A stretch of DNA of 64,000 bases from an uncultured Chloroflexia bacterium (lineage in GTDB: Bacteria > Chloroflexota > Anaerolineae > Anaerolineales > Villigracilaceae): contig CAWAKH010000002.1 in assembly GCA_963782565.1 (NCBI GenBank), forward strand, positions 1,356-65,355, in the 5' to 3' direction. The notes beneath the pieces are model-generated. The model saw only the letters and a list, made by a program, of their open reading frames with translations. It was not told the origin of the DNA and did no database searches. Of the stretch, positions 19,969 through 29,589 are shown one piece after another (positions within the stretch are counted from its first letter, which is position 1; each line of letters begins with the position of its first letter). Position numbers and translations under genes: made by a program.

Positions 19969-20113
19969 GTTTCTTCTCCTATTGTCCTACAATTTTCTTG
20001 GATTGCCAGTTATTTTAAGTAAATCAAGGTTTTAGATGAAGTATCACCTCCTTAGAATCTTTCATATTGGACATTCCGGACGATTCACCTCATTATGTAC
20101 TGGAAGGTTCAAA

Positions 20114-21396
20114 TCAAAACACCAAATGAGGGCTACCTTCGATCGCGAATAGATAATCGAGAGCAAGCGCAACAGCTCCCGTGATACCTGCCTCCGATCC
20201 CATGCCGGAGAACATAATCGATAAATGCGTGGTGGCCAGCGGCAAAGACCTCTTCAGGATGGCCCTGCGGATGGAAACCAGGAGATGATTCCCAAAGTTG
20301 GAGATCCCGCCCCCAATAAAAATATGGCTGGGATTAAAAAGTTAACCAGGCTTGCCAGTACGTCACCGACCATCTGACCGCTTTCACGGATAATATCCAG
20401 TGCAGCCTGGTCGCCTTCGCGACATGCTGTATTTACATCCTCGGGAGTCAGGGTACCACCGTTCGATTCCAACATTCGACGCAGGACCGGGCTTGTCCCG
20501 TTTTGAGCCGCTTGCATGGCCTTGGCTGTTATGGCCGGGCCGGCCGCCATGGCTTCGAGACAACCGGTATTCCCGCAGCTGCACAGAGGCCCCTGTTTAT
20601 TCACACAAATGTGCCCAATATCCCCGGCGCATCCGTCACTGCCCCGATGGATCTTGCCATTTGAAACGATGCCGGCCCCCACCCCCGTTCCAATTTTTAC
20701 ATAGATAAAATGATCGATGCCTGCGCCGTCGCCGGCCCGCTGTTCCCCCAGAGCCATGATATTCACATCATTATCCACTACAACATAGGAGGTCGGAAAT
20801 GCCTGCTTGAAATAGTCGCGGATCAAAAAATTTTCCCATCCCGGCATAAGAGGCGGCGCAACCAGGACGCCTCGTGCGAAATTCACGGGGCCCGGAACGC
20901 CTACGCCAATTCCTAAAATTTGATCGATCGACCCCCCTTGGCGATCTATCATCTCCTTTAGCAGCTCTATACAGCGGTCAAGGAGCACTTCCGGTTTCAC
21001 CCGCACATCCGCAGCTTCTGAGCGACGAAATGTGATCTTGCCCGCCACATCCGCCAGCGCGATCTCCAGGCTGGTTGCACCAATATCTATCCCAACAATA
21101 AAACCGAGCTGATCGTTTATACGAATGATCTGCGGGCGACGTCCGCCCTGCGAAGCACCTTCGCCAATTTCCACGAGATACCCTTTGTCTACCAAATTCC
21201 TTATTTCCTGGGAGGCTTTGGCTTTTGACCAGCCTGTGACATTGGATATCTCGGTGCGCGAAATGCTCCCTTTCCTGCGAATCACCCGCATAATTTCGGC
21301 CTCGGCAGCATCAACCAGGATTGGCGCCACAAGTCTAGGTTCTGTTCTCAAGCTGGCATCATCATTCGGGGACATAATTTCGATTCGAAAAATCAA
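20114..21396 (-). pseudogene. ROK-family transcriptional repressor (NagC/XylR type) with a 1-nt frameshift in an A5/T5 run at 20336-20340
   Basis: An N-terminal wHTH (ISRTEISNVTGWSKAKASQEIRNLVDKGYL) and the ROK Zn motif (CSCGNTGCLEA) lie in one frame. The conserved C-terminus (NPSHIFIGGGISNFGNHLL...GITGAVALALDYLF) continues in another frame down to TGA at 20114-20116. Confidence 0.7.
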
Positions 21397-21491
21397 TCAG
21401 ATTTATCGTGAAAAATATTGCAAATGAGCTGTTTACATTATAAGCGGCATCTTTGTAAATACAATAGACAAACCATGCAAAATGAATTAGA

Positions 21492-21516
21492 ACTTCGTTC
21501 ACAATGCGAACGAAGT
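21492..21516. promoter_or_regulatory. Inverted repeat between the oxidoreductase gene end and the ROK regulator start (operator or terminator hairpin)
   Basis: ACTTCGTTC-N7-GAACGAAGT, perfect 9-bp arms. Preceded by TTAGAAC, which is also found in the 22834 repeat. Confidence 0.3.
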
Positions 21517-21568
21517 CTGTGGATAGTTTTGAGTTGCTGCCGAAAGTGTCGTTACCGACAATAATTGT

Positions 21569-22759
21569 CTATTTAAATACCTGCGAGATTTTGTTGGTGA
21601 CTTTATCTTTCAGGATGACTTTGAGGCGTCCGTCAGGCATCTTTTCTTCTTTAATCAGGAAATGCTGCTGATCATATTCTTTTAAGGCCGCGTCTCCTGC
21701 GTTCACTTTACCCCCTCGCCACTCAACCAAATTAACCGGTTCCCACTTCTTGCTTATTGCCGATTTATAGCACGCATCTATGATGGTATTGACAACATAA
21801 CCATCGTAAAAGGTCTCCATGGGCGCTTTAGCTGCATCCATGGAATTGAACATATCCAGGAACATCTCTACGTAACCGAGCGAGCCCACCTCATCGCCAA
21901 CGGGGAATAGCCAGCCGGTATCCCCTTCCGCCTTTTCGGCGACATACCCGCCCTGCCCAACACCCGTGAACATCTCGAAGCCGGTGCGCAGCCAATGGTT
22001 CAACCAGACCGTACCCTCCGTGCCCGCGATCTCATCACGCAGGTCCATGCCGCCCCGGAAAGTCCAACTGACCTCGAATTGTCCGATCGCGCCATTCTCA
22101 TAGCGCACCAACCCCACCGCATGATCCTCTGTATCGATTGGGTGAACCTGCGTGTCAGCCCAACAAGTGACTTCCACCGGCCGGTTGCCTTTACCTATGA
22201 AATTTCGGGCGATCTCTATGCAGTGACAGCCCATGTCCACGATTGCGCCACCACCGGAAAGCTCCTTGGTCCAGAACCAGTCGCTGTGCGGTCCCCCATG
22301 CGTCTCCCGAGACCGAGCCCAAAGCACACGGCCCAACGCGCCTTTTTGGGCGGCTTGCAATGCTTTCACCGTCTTTGGGGTATAGACCAGATCCTCGAGA
22401 TAACCATGAAATACTCCGGCCTTCTCCACAGCCTTCAGCAAATCCAAGGCCTCAGAACCGGAGACTGCCAGCGGTTTCGTGCACAGGATGGCCTTCCCTG
22501 CTTTTGCCGCTAATAAAACAGCTTTCTTATGCAGATAGTTAGGAAGACCGACAATAACAGTATCGATCTCCGGATCATTGATCGCATCGGACATATCAGC
22601 CGTCCAGCGCGGGATGCCAAATTCCTTCGCAAACTTCTCTGCAGTTTCGATCTTGCTCGAGCAGACCACCTTAATTTCATCTTTACCGCGGAAATTCAGC
22701 AAGCTCATCGCGTAAAAACGACCGATCAACCCGGCCCCCAGTATGGCGATCTTATGCAT
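21569..22759 (-). CDS. Gfo/Idh/MocA family oxidoreductase
   Basis: [14 protein letters not shown] Rossmann motif and ILCTKPLA motif. 396 aa. Confidence 0.85.
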   Translation of the reverse strand: MHKIAILGAGLIGRFYAMSLLNFRGKDEIKVVCSSKIETAEKFAKEFGIPRWTADMSDAINDPEIDTVIVGLPNYLHKKAVLLAAKAGKAILCTKPLAVSGSEALDLLKAVEKAGVFHGYLEDLVYTPKTVKALQAAQKGALGRVLWARSRETHGGPHSDWFWTKELSGGGAIVDMGCHCIEIARNFIGKGNRPVEVTCWADTQVHPIDTEDHAVGLVRYENGAIGQFEVSWTFRGGMDLRDEIAGTEGTVWLNHWLRTGFEMFTGVGQGGYVAEKAEGDTGWLFPVGDEVGSLGYVEMFLDMFNSMDAAKAPMETFYDGYVVNTIIDACYKSAISKKWEPVNLVEWRGGKVNAGDAALKEYDQQHFLIKEEKMPDGRLKVILKDKVTNKISQVFK

Positions 22760-22833
22760 ATTTTTCTCCTTATGGAAGGTGGAAGGGCAACAAAATTATA
22801 TAGTAACAAGTTTCACATGTCAATCTTGCGGAT

Positions 22834-22863
22834 ATTAGAACAATAAATTAAACTTGTTCTAAT
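22834..22863. promoter_or_regulatory. Candidate repressor operator in the divergent intergenic region
   Basis: Perfect 10-bp inverted repeat ATTAGAACAA-N10-TTGTTCTAAT in an AT-rich spacer between divergent genes. The architecture resembles XylR/ROK-type operators. Confidence 0.4.
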
Positions 22864-22896
22864 GTACGAACATTTCTTTTTCCATAGAAGCAAATC

Positions 22897-24063
22897 ATGA
22901 TGTCTACATCGATAAAACCGCGTGAACGGGTCCAAGCGGCTTTGGCGCACGAACAACCTGATTTCGTCCCTTTGGCATTGAGCGGCGGCCCATATGGAAT
23001 AGTGGATGATCTTTATTTCCAGCTCGTAGGGCTGATGAAGTTAGGAGATCCCGTCGCGGCTTTCAGGCAGGGGCATAACATCTCTTACATGGACGATCGG
23101 GTGCTCGAGAGGCTGGGAACCGATACGCGCTACTGCTGGCCCGGCCTGCTCCCTAACAGCCCTGTCGTACCCGGTGAAGACGACAATACATTTTTCGATT
23201 CCTATGGACAGGTCTGGAAGCGTGCGCTGCCTTATTATTTCGCGGGAGAGGGGATCCTCAAAGATGCAAAGAGCCTCGAGGACATTGAACGGCTCGTCCA
23301 TTGGCCGGACCTAACGGACCCGCGCTGGACCCGCGGTGTTGCCGAACGCGCATGTCTCTTACGCGAGCAAACCGAGTATTTCGTGATCATGCGTATGGTT
23401 GCGTCGCATGGGGCCTTTCAAACAGCCTGTGACCTGCGTGGAACTGTGAACTTTCTGATGGATATGGTTCGGAACCCCGCCTTCGCCACAGCCTTGCTGG
23501 ATAAAGTGACCACTTCTATTGAAGGACTGCTCGGTCTGGCAATGGAGGCTGGCGGCAAGTACTTCGATATGATTGAACTTCCCGGCGACGATTATGCCGG
23601 AAACACCAGCACGCTCATATCCCCTGCCATGTTCCGGTCTTTCATTAAGCCTTGCATCGAACGGCAGGTAAAAGTCATCAAGGAACATAACCCCCACACG
23701 AAAATCATGCTCCATAGTGATGGGGCGATCGCCGGCTTGCTGCCTGAGATTGTCGCTCTCGGCATTGACGTGGTCCACCCACTCCAGCCTCTTCCAGCCA
23801 GCGACTTGCCGGCCATTAAGGATAAATTTGGCAGTCAGCTCACCTTTTTGGGCGGCATCGATATTTCCCAAGCCATGACCGGTTCACGCGAGGATGTGGT
23901 GGCCGAAGTCAAACGCCGCATTTCTCAACTGGCGTCTGGCGGTGGATACATCCTTGCCCCCTCCAACCACCTCCAGGCCGACGTGCCGGCTGAAAATGTA
24001 ATAACCTTGTTCGAAACAGCACGCCGTTATGGTAAATACCCCATCCAAATGGAGGAAACATAG
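22897..24063 (+). CDS. Uroporphyrinogen decarboxylase (URO-D) family protein, MtaA/CmuA-like, function unknown
   Basis: 388 aa. The N-terminus KPRERVQAALAHEQPDFVP and C-terminal motifs (IMLHSDG, VHPLQP, GGYILAPSNHLQ) are typical of non-HemE URO-D family members. Confidence 0.6.
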   Translation: MMSTSIKPRERVQAALAHEQPDFVPLALSGGPYGIVDDLYFQLVGLMKLGDPVAAFRQGHNISYMDDRVLERLGTDTRYCWPGLLPNSPVVPGEDDNTFFDSYGQVWKRALPYYFAGEGILKDAKSLEDIERLVHWPDLTDPRWTRGVAERACLLREQTEYFVIMRMVASHGAFQTACDLRGTVNFLMDMVRNPAFATALLDKVTTSIEGLLGLAMEAGGKYFDMIELPGDDYAGNTSTLISPAMFRSFIKPCIERQVKVIKEHNPHTKIMLHSDGAIAGLLPEIVALGIDVVHPLQPLPASDLPAIKDKFGSQLTFLGGIDISQAMTGSREDVVAEVKRRISQLASGGGYILAPSNHLQADVPAENVITLFETARRYGKYPIQMEET

Positions 24064-24833
24064 TGAACACAACCCGCTCGCTCACTTTGCCCTATTCCCA
24101 TATTGATCCGCAGAGCCCCGTACCGCTTTACCACCAGATCTACCTCGATCTCGTGAAGATGATCGAACGCGGCGTCCTCCTGCCTGGCGACCTCCTGCCT
24201 TCCGAGATGGATATCTGCCACGCGTACAACGTGGGGCGACAGACCGTCAGGCAGGCCTTAGCCCGCCTGGTGGACGAGGATCAAGTCGAACGCTTCGCAG
24301 GCCGGGGTACGTTCGTCCGTAAACAACGCAGCCATATTCAGTTCTTCCTGGACCGCAGCTTCAGCCAGCAGATGCGTGAAATGGACCGGGCGCCTCATTC
24401 CCAGATCCTGAATATGCAGACGGGCGTGGTCGATTCAGAATTGGTGGCAACTTTGCAGCCTTATCCGGGCGCGGCCTGCTTGAAATTGGAACGCCTGCGC
24501 CTGGGCGATGACGAACCCATCTGCCACCAATCCACCACTGTGCTTACCGATCACTGCCCGGGAATCGAACAATACGATTTTGCCACTCATTCGCTCTACG
24601 AAATCCTGGCTACGCGCTACCGTCTAACCATCAACCGCATCGACCATATGGTTCGCGCGGTGGGAGCAGATGGATATCGAGCCGAATTGCTGGAAGTGTC
24701 AGAGGGGACACCGCTCCTCTTCGTGAGCACCACCACTTACATTGAAGGCAATGAAGTGATCGAACATTCAACCAGTCACTATCGAGCAGACCGTTACGAA
24801 TATCGTACAACCCAAACCTGTTGTGATAACTAA
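24063..24833 (+). CDS. GntR-family transcriptional regulator, HutC subfamily (UTRA effector domain)
   Basis: wHTH PLYHQIYLDLVKMIERGVLLPGDLLPSEMDICHAYNVGRQTVRQAL. The GTG start overlaps the upstream stop (TAGTG). Confidence 0.85.
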   Translation: MNTTRSLTLPYSHIDPQSPVPLYHQIYLDLVKMIERGVLLPGDLLPSEMDICHAYNVGRQTVRQALARLVDEDQVERFAGRGTFVRKQRSHIQFFLDRSFSQQMREMDRAPHSQILNMQTGVVDSELVATLQPYPGAACLKLERLRLGDDEPICHQSTTVLTDHCPGIEQYDFATHSLYEILATRYRLTINRIDHMVRAVGADGYRAELLEVSEGTPLLFVSTTTYIEGNEVIEHSTSHYRADRYEYRTTQTCCDN

Positions 24834-24846
24834 GGGCCAGGATAAT

Positions 24847-25629
24847 ATGACAAATGCTGCTTTGGATTACATATCGAAGGCTCAGGTGATCCTCGAGCGC
24901 ATTCGCGACTCACAGGCAGCCAACATTGAACGTGCCGCGGAACTCTGTACACAGGCCATCGCGGGAGAGGGACTTGTGCACCTGTTTGGCACGGGTCATT
25001 CTCGAATATTTGTCGAAGAGATGTTTCCACGCCATGGTAGTTTCCCCGGCTTTCATCCCATCGTGGAATTGTCCCTGACTTTCCATAACCTTGTAGTTGG
25101 ATCCAATGGGCAGCGCCAGGCCATGTTCCTCGAACACGTGGAAGGCTTGGGCCAGGTGATCCTGCGGAACTTTGTCTTCTCCGCACCGGATTGCTTCCTT
25201 ATCTTCTCCAACAGCGGGGTGAACGAAGTGGTCATTGATGTGGCCCTCGAAGCCAAACGCATGAACCTGCCCATCATCGCGGTGGTCTCGCTCGACCACT
25301 GCTCGGCAATAGCAACCGCGCACAGCAGCGGGAAGAAACTCCCGGATATTGCGGATATCGTCATTGATAACTGCACACCTGGCGGCGATGCCCTCGTAAG
25401 CATAGCCGGCCTCCCCGACCCCGTCGGTCCCGGCTCCACCATTGGTGCGGCGGCGGTGACCAACGCGCTCAAATGTCGGATCGCCGAAAAATTGACCGCC
25501 ATGGGCAAACCGCCCATCGTCCTCACCAGCAGTTTCTTTATCGGAAGCGAAGCTTCCAGTAAGCGCTTCGATGAATGCTACGATGACTACCGCACCCGCG
25601 TGCGGAAAGTATTCGGATGCGCGCCATGA
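24847..25629 (+). CDS. SIS-domain protein (UPF0309-like sugar isomerase domain protein)
   Basis: GLVHLFGTGHSRIFVEEMF and FLIFSNSGVNEVVIDVALEAK are typical SIS motifs. Confidence 0.7.
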   Translation: MTNAALDYISKAQVILERIRDSQAANIERAAELCTQAIAGEGLVHLFGTGHSRIFVEEMFPRHGSFPGFHPIVELSLTFHNLVVGSNGQRQAMFLEHVEGLGQVILRNFVFSAPDCFLIFSNSGVNEVVIDVALEAKRMNLPIIAVVSLDHCSAIATAHSSGKKLPDIADIVIDNCTPGGDALVSIAGLPDPVGPGSTIGAAAVTNALKCRIAEKLTAMGKPPIVLTSSFFIGSEASSKRFDECYDDYRTRVRKVFGCAP

Positions 25630-26402
25630 ACGGAAAACTTGAAGGCAAGGTTGCCGTGGTAACGGGCGGAGCGGGCGGCATCGGTCTTGCCACCACAAAA
25701 TTATTCGCCTCAGAGGGCGCGCAAGTCGTCATTTTTGATATAGACGCCGAGGCGGCAGCACAAGCCATTGAATCGATTAATGAAAAGCACGCCGTCGCCA
25801 AACAAATCGTTGACGTGTCAGACGCCTCTCAGGTCGAATCTGCGATCAGGGAAGTGGTGTCAACCAGGGGCAGGATTGATATTCTGGTCAATGTAGCCGG
25901 AGGCAGCGGGCGGCGCTGGGGCGATGGCCCTACAGATTTATGCACCATCGAGGGCTGGAATAATACCCTGGCGCTGAACCTCGACAGTGTTTTCCACTGC
26001 TGCAAGTATGCTCTGCAGGCCATGCTCACTCAAGGACGAGGCGTAATTGTCAACATATCCTCGGTGCTCGGCATGGTGGGTGGCGATGAGGACTTTGCCA
26101 CTCATGCCTATGCAGCCAGCAAGGGAGGGGTCATCAGCCTGACACGCTCGATTGCCTCCTATTACGCAGCCAAAGGTATCCGCGCCAATGTGATCTGTCC
26201 CGGCTTAATTGCCACGGCCATGAGCCGGCGTGCCCAGGAAAGCAATGCCATTCGCGGCCGCCTCCGGCAACTTCAGCCCTTAACGGCTGACTTCGGCTCG
26301 CCTCAGGATGTTGCGCAGGCCGCTTTATATCTGGCAAGTGAAGAATCTTCGTTCGTTACTGGTACCGTCCTCACCGTAGATGGCGGCTGGACCATGCGGT
26401 GA
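25626..26402 (+). CDS. SDR-family oxidoreductase
   Basis: TGGAGGIG cofactor motif, NVAG motif, and catalytic YAASK. ATGA overlap with the upstream gene. Confidence 0.85.
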   Translation: MNGKLEGKVAVVTGGAGGIGLATTKLFASEGAQVVIFDIDAEAAAQAIESINEKHAVAKQIVDVSDASQVESAIREVVSTRGRIDILVNVAGGSGRRWGDGPTDLCTIEGWNNTLALNLDSVFHCCKYALQAMLTQGRGVIVNISSVLGMVGGDEDFATHAYAASKGGVISLTRSIASYYAAKGIRANVICPGLIATAMSRRAQESNAIRGRLRQLQPLTADFGSPQDVAQAALYLASEESSFVTGTVLTVDGGWTMR

Positions 26403-27061
26403 ATCAGACCATGGGAACAACCATTGCTCAACTCTTCTACTCCCTCGGAGTGATCCCGGTGATCGAGATCGACTCGGCTGATCTCGCGGTTCCGCTGGCT
26501 GAATCGTTATGCGAAGCCGGTCTGCCCGTTTTGGAGGTCACTCTGCGCACTGAGGCAGCGCTGGAATCCATCCGTAATATCGTCAAAAAACTACCCGATG
26601 TGCTACTCGGCGCAGGGACGGTCATCAACCGAGAACAGGCTCAATCAGCATCGGAGGCAGGCGCGCGATTTATTGTTTCCCCGGGTCTGAATGAGGAGGT
26701 GGTCACGTGGGGGCAGAAAAATGAGCTGCCGATCTTACCGGGTGCGGTTACCCCCACGGAAATCATGCACGGTTTGAACCTGGGCTTGAACCTGCTCAAG
26801 TTCTTTCCGGCCGAAGCGCTGGGAGGTCTGAAAGCCATAAAGGCCATCTCGGATCCTTTTCCACAAGTGCGCTTCATACCAAGCGGTGGAGTGCACGCGG
26901 ATAACCTGGCGGAATATCTTCGGGCAGATAAGATTCATGCCGTTGGCGGCTCGTGGATGGCAAAGCGCCAAATGATCGCTGAACGCAGATTTGACGAAAT
27001 CATCCGGCTGGCAAAAGAGGCCAGGGATATCGTGAACCAGGTCCGAGGGGTAAGACAATAG
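26399..27061 (+). CDS. eda: 2-dehydro-3-deoxy-phosphogluconate / 4-hydroxy-2-oxoglutarate aldolase
   Basis: VIPVIEI, LEVTLRT, GAGTV, IVSPG, LKFFPAEALGG (Schiff-base Lys context) and FIPSGGV. GTGA overlap with the SDR stop; an alternative ATG lies at 26411. Confidence 0.85.
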   Translation: MNQTMGTTIAQLFYSLGVIPVIEIDSADLAVPLAESLCEAGLPVLEVTLRTEAALESIRNIVKKLPDVLLGAGTVINREQAQSASEAGARFIVSPGLNEEVVTWGQKNELPILPGAVTPTEIMHGLNLGLNLLKFFPAEALGGLKAIKAISDPFPQVRFIPSGGVHADNLAEYLRADKIHAVGGSWMAKRQMIAERRFDEIIRLAKEARDIVNQVRGVRQ

Positions 27062-27258
27062 TCCCGTGTATAGATACACGAAGCCGCCCTTCCACGAACG
27101 GAATGACGGGATCCCGATTTCATCCTCAAGACTTTTTGGGTGTTAAAGCATAAGCTAATAAATCGGGAAACTCAGCGGCGGACTTTCCTAGTTGCTTGGA
27201 AAATGCGGTTCGGCCTGGAATTGAGTGGGCAAAATAATCTGCTTTGCAAGGAGCAATC

Positions 27259-28296
27259 ATGAAGAGTCAACCCCTACGTACCACAGTGATCGGCAGTTAT
27301 CCCTTCCCCTCCTGGCTTGAACTGGCTAGCCAGAAGCTCGACCAATTCGGAGTGAATGAGATCGCCGAGCTGCAGGAGGACGCAGTTATTGTCGCTATCC
27401 ACGACCAGATGCAGGCGGGGCTGGATGTGATCACTGATGGAGAACAATCACGGTTGGATTTCAACCTGTCTTTCTACGGATATTTGCAGGGTATCCAAGC
27501 AGATGAACGCCCATTAAGGGTGTTTGGCCCACCTGCCCATGACCAGCGTGGCAAACACAAGATCCTGGATGAGATTCGAGCGCCTCGCGGACTGGGCGTG
27601 GTGGATGAGTATCAACGGTTGGTCCGGCTGGCCCCCAAGGGACCTACGCTTAAAGCCAGTGTGCCGGGACCTTATACCCTGAGCGGCCGTTTGATACCGA
27701 ATCAGACCTACCCTGACCGTTATATGATCACCGAAGCGTTGATCCCTGTCGTCCGAGCCGAACTCGAAGCGCTCATTGTGGCAGGCTGCGAGGAAATTAC
27801 TCTCGATGAACCTTCCATGAGTTGCTATGCCTACAGGGAAGGTACTCAGCGCTTTATAGATATTTTCAACCGCACGGTCGCTTCCGTGGCAGGCAAATGT
27901 CATTTATCCACGCATCTTTGCTTCGGCAATTACAAGGGGCGCGCCGTGGGACCGCGCCAGTACGCGCCCATGTTTCCGGACTTCCTCGATATGAACGTTG
28001 ATGAATTTCATCTTGAGATGGCCAGCCGCGAGTTTTCCGAGATAGAGCTGATTGCCGAAATAGCAAAAGTAAAGAATGTGGCTGTCGGCATTGTGGATGT
28101 GAAGAGTTATTACATCGAAACACCCGAAGATATCGCCAAACGCGTTCGTTTGTGCCTGAAGTATGCGCCTGCCGAACGCCTGTCCTTTGCCCCCGATTGC
28201 GGGCTGAGTCAAACTGCCCGCTGGGCTTCGCGCTTGAAACTTAACAATATGGTCGCAGGGGTCCACATCATCCGAAAGGAGTTGGGGCTGGCATGA
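27259..28296 (+). CDS. Cobalamin-independent methionine synthase catalytic-domain (MetE C-terminal-like, 'methionine synthase II') family protein
   Basis: TTVIGSYPFP, DVITDGEQSR, and putative Zn ligands in THLCFGN and APDCGLS. Confidence 0.7.
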   Translation: MKSQPLRTTVIGSYPFPSWLELASQKLDQFGVNEIAELQEDAVIVAIHDQMQAGLDVITDGEQSRLDFNLSFYGYLQGIQADERPLRVFGPPAHDQRGKHKILDEIRAPRGLGVVDEYQRLVRLAPKGPTLKASVPGPYTLSGRLIPNQTYPDRYMITEALIPVVRAELEALIVAGCEEITLDEPSMSCYAYREGTQRFIDIFNRTVASVAGKCHLSTHLCFGNYKGRAVGPRQYAPMFPDFLDMNVDEFHLEMASREFSEIELIAEIAKVKNVAVGIVDVKSYYIETPEDIAKRVRLCLKYAPAERLSFAPDCGLSQTARWASRLKLNNMVAGVHIIRKELGLA

Positions 28297-29133
28297 TCCG
28301 GCCGAGCCTCCAGGAAGACGCATTTTTGCAGGATGTACAGGCTGCCGGGAAGGAGCGGGATCGACTGCACCTGTGGTGGCTTGGACAGAGCGGGTACCTG
28401 ATCCAGTGGCGGGGCCACGATCTTTTGCTGGACCCCTACCTGTCCGAACTCGCTGACCAAGAAATACTCGGGCACGGAAAAACCCCATGTGCGAATGACC
28501 GAGCGCGTCATCGCGCCCGAACGCCTGGACTTTATAGAAGCCGTCACGTCCAGCCACAACCACACAGACCACTTGGACGGCGAAACGCTTATCCCCCTAC
28601 TGCAAGTAAATCCGAACCTGACCGTTATTGTCTCGCGCGCTAATATCAGCTTTGCAGCAAACCGTCTTCAAGTACCGCCTGAGAGGTTAACTTCGATCCG
28701 GGTTGATTCGGCTCCAGCAAAGGTTGGACCATTTACTTTTTACGCGGTCCCGTCTGCGCATGAAGAACTGGAGAAGGACGATCAGGGTGACCACAAGTTT
28801 ATAGGATTCATCGTCGAGGTGGGCGGCAAAACGATCTATCACAGCGGCGATTGCGTTTTGTACGATGGGCTGGCGAATCGCCTAAAACAGTGGAAGATCG
28901 ACCTGGCCTTGCTTCCGATCAATGGTCGCGATCCATCCCGCGGAGTGCCAGGCAATTTTGATGGCGGGCAGGCGGCGCTGCTGGGCAGGGAGGTCAATGC
29001 CAGGCTGATTATTCCGTGCCATTATGAAATGTTCGAGTTTAATTCTGTTTCGCCGCAAGGTTTCGCGGAGGCTGCCAGGCAGGTTGGACAGGATTATTAT
29101 TTGATGAAATGTGGGGAGCGATTTACTGTGTGA
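28293..29133 (+). pseudogene. MBL-fold metallo-hydrolase (UlaG-like) interrupted by a 1-nt frameshift near 28452
   Basis: Frame 1 reads LWWLGQSGYLIQWRGHDLLLDPYLSEL. A second frame continues LTKKYSGTEKPHVRMTERVIAPERLDFIEAVTSSHNHTDHLD..., a contiguous match to the usual family sequence. Confidence 0.7.
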
Positions 29134-29278
29134 GCGGGTGGGCCCGGGCAACAACGTCTGTCTAATCCCAGGCAGCACACAATTCTCACCTATCGCGATC
29201 TTCATAGCATCTGTAGTGTCCTCGAGGTCGCCAGGTTGGGTGTATTATATGGAAAAACTGCTGTTACGAGGAGGCGCC

Positions 29279-29587
29279 ATGCATATTGTTCATGTCTTTA
29301 TCCACGTCAAAGAGGATCAAGTAGAAGAGTTCAAGACCGCGACTTTGCAGAATGCTCAAAGCAGCCTGAAGGAGCCGGGCGTTGCCCGTTTTGACCTCAT
29401 CCAACAGCCCGATGACCCGACTCGTTTTGTGCTGGTCGAGGTCTATCGCACGCCGGAGGACGCCGTGGCACACAAAGCAACGGCGCACTATAAGATCTGG
29501 CAGGGAATCGCCGAGCCGCTGATGGCGGAACCGCGCACGCGAATTATCTACCGGAATGTTTTTCCCGAGGATTCGGGTTGGGGTTAG
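29279..29587 (+). CDS. Antibiotic-biosynthesis-monooxygenase (ABM) domain protein / putative quinol monooxygenase
   Basis: About 100 aa ferredoxin-like fold (VHVFIHVKEDQVEEFK..., RFVLVEVYRTPEDAVAHKATAHY). GAGGAGG lies upstream of the ATG at 29279. Confidence 0.7.
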   Translation: MHIVHVFIHVKEDQVEEFKTATLQNAQSSLKEPGVARFDLIQQPDDPTRFVLVEVYRTPEDAVAHKATAHYKIWQGIAEPLMAEPRTRIIYRNVFPEDSGWG

Positions 29588-29589
29588 CA

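Noticed and set aside
19303-20035. ORFs 19303-20022(+) and 19457-20035(+), 239 and 192 aa
   Set aside because: They are antisense to the well-supported sugar-binding lipoprotein gene and their composition (Gly/Arg/Ser runs) is not protein-like.
24910-25801. ORFs 24910-25698(-), 25053-25526(-), 25538-25801(-)
   Set aside because: They are antisense shadows of the SIS and SDR genes and have no motifs.
27904-28572. ORF 27904-28572(-), 222 aa
   Set aside because: It is antisense to the MetE-like and MBL genes, both of which have clear family motifs on the plus strand.
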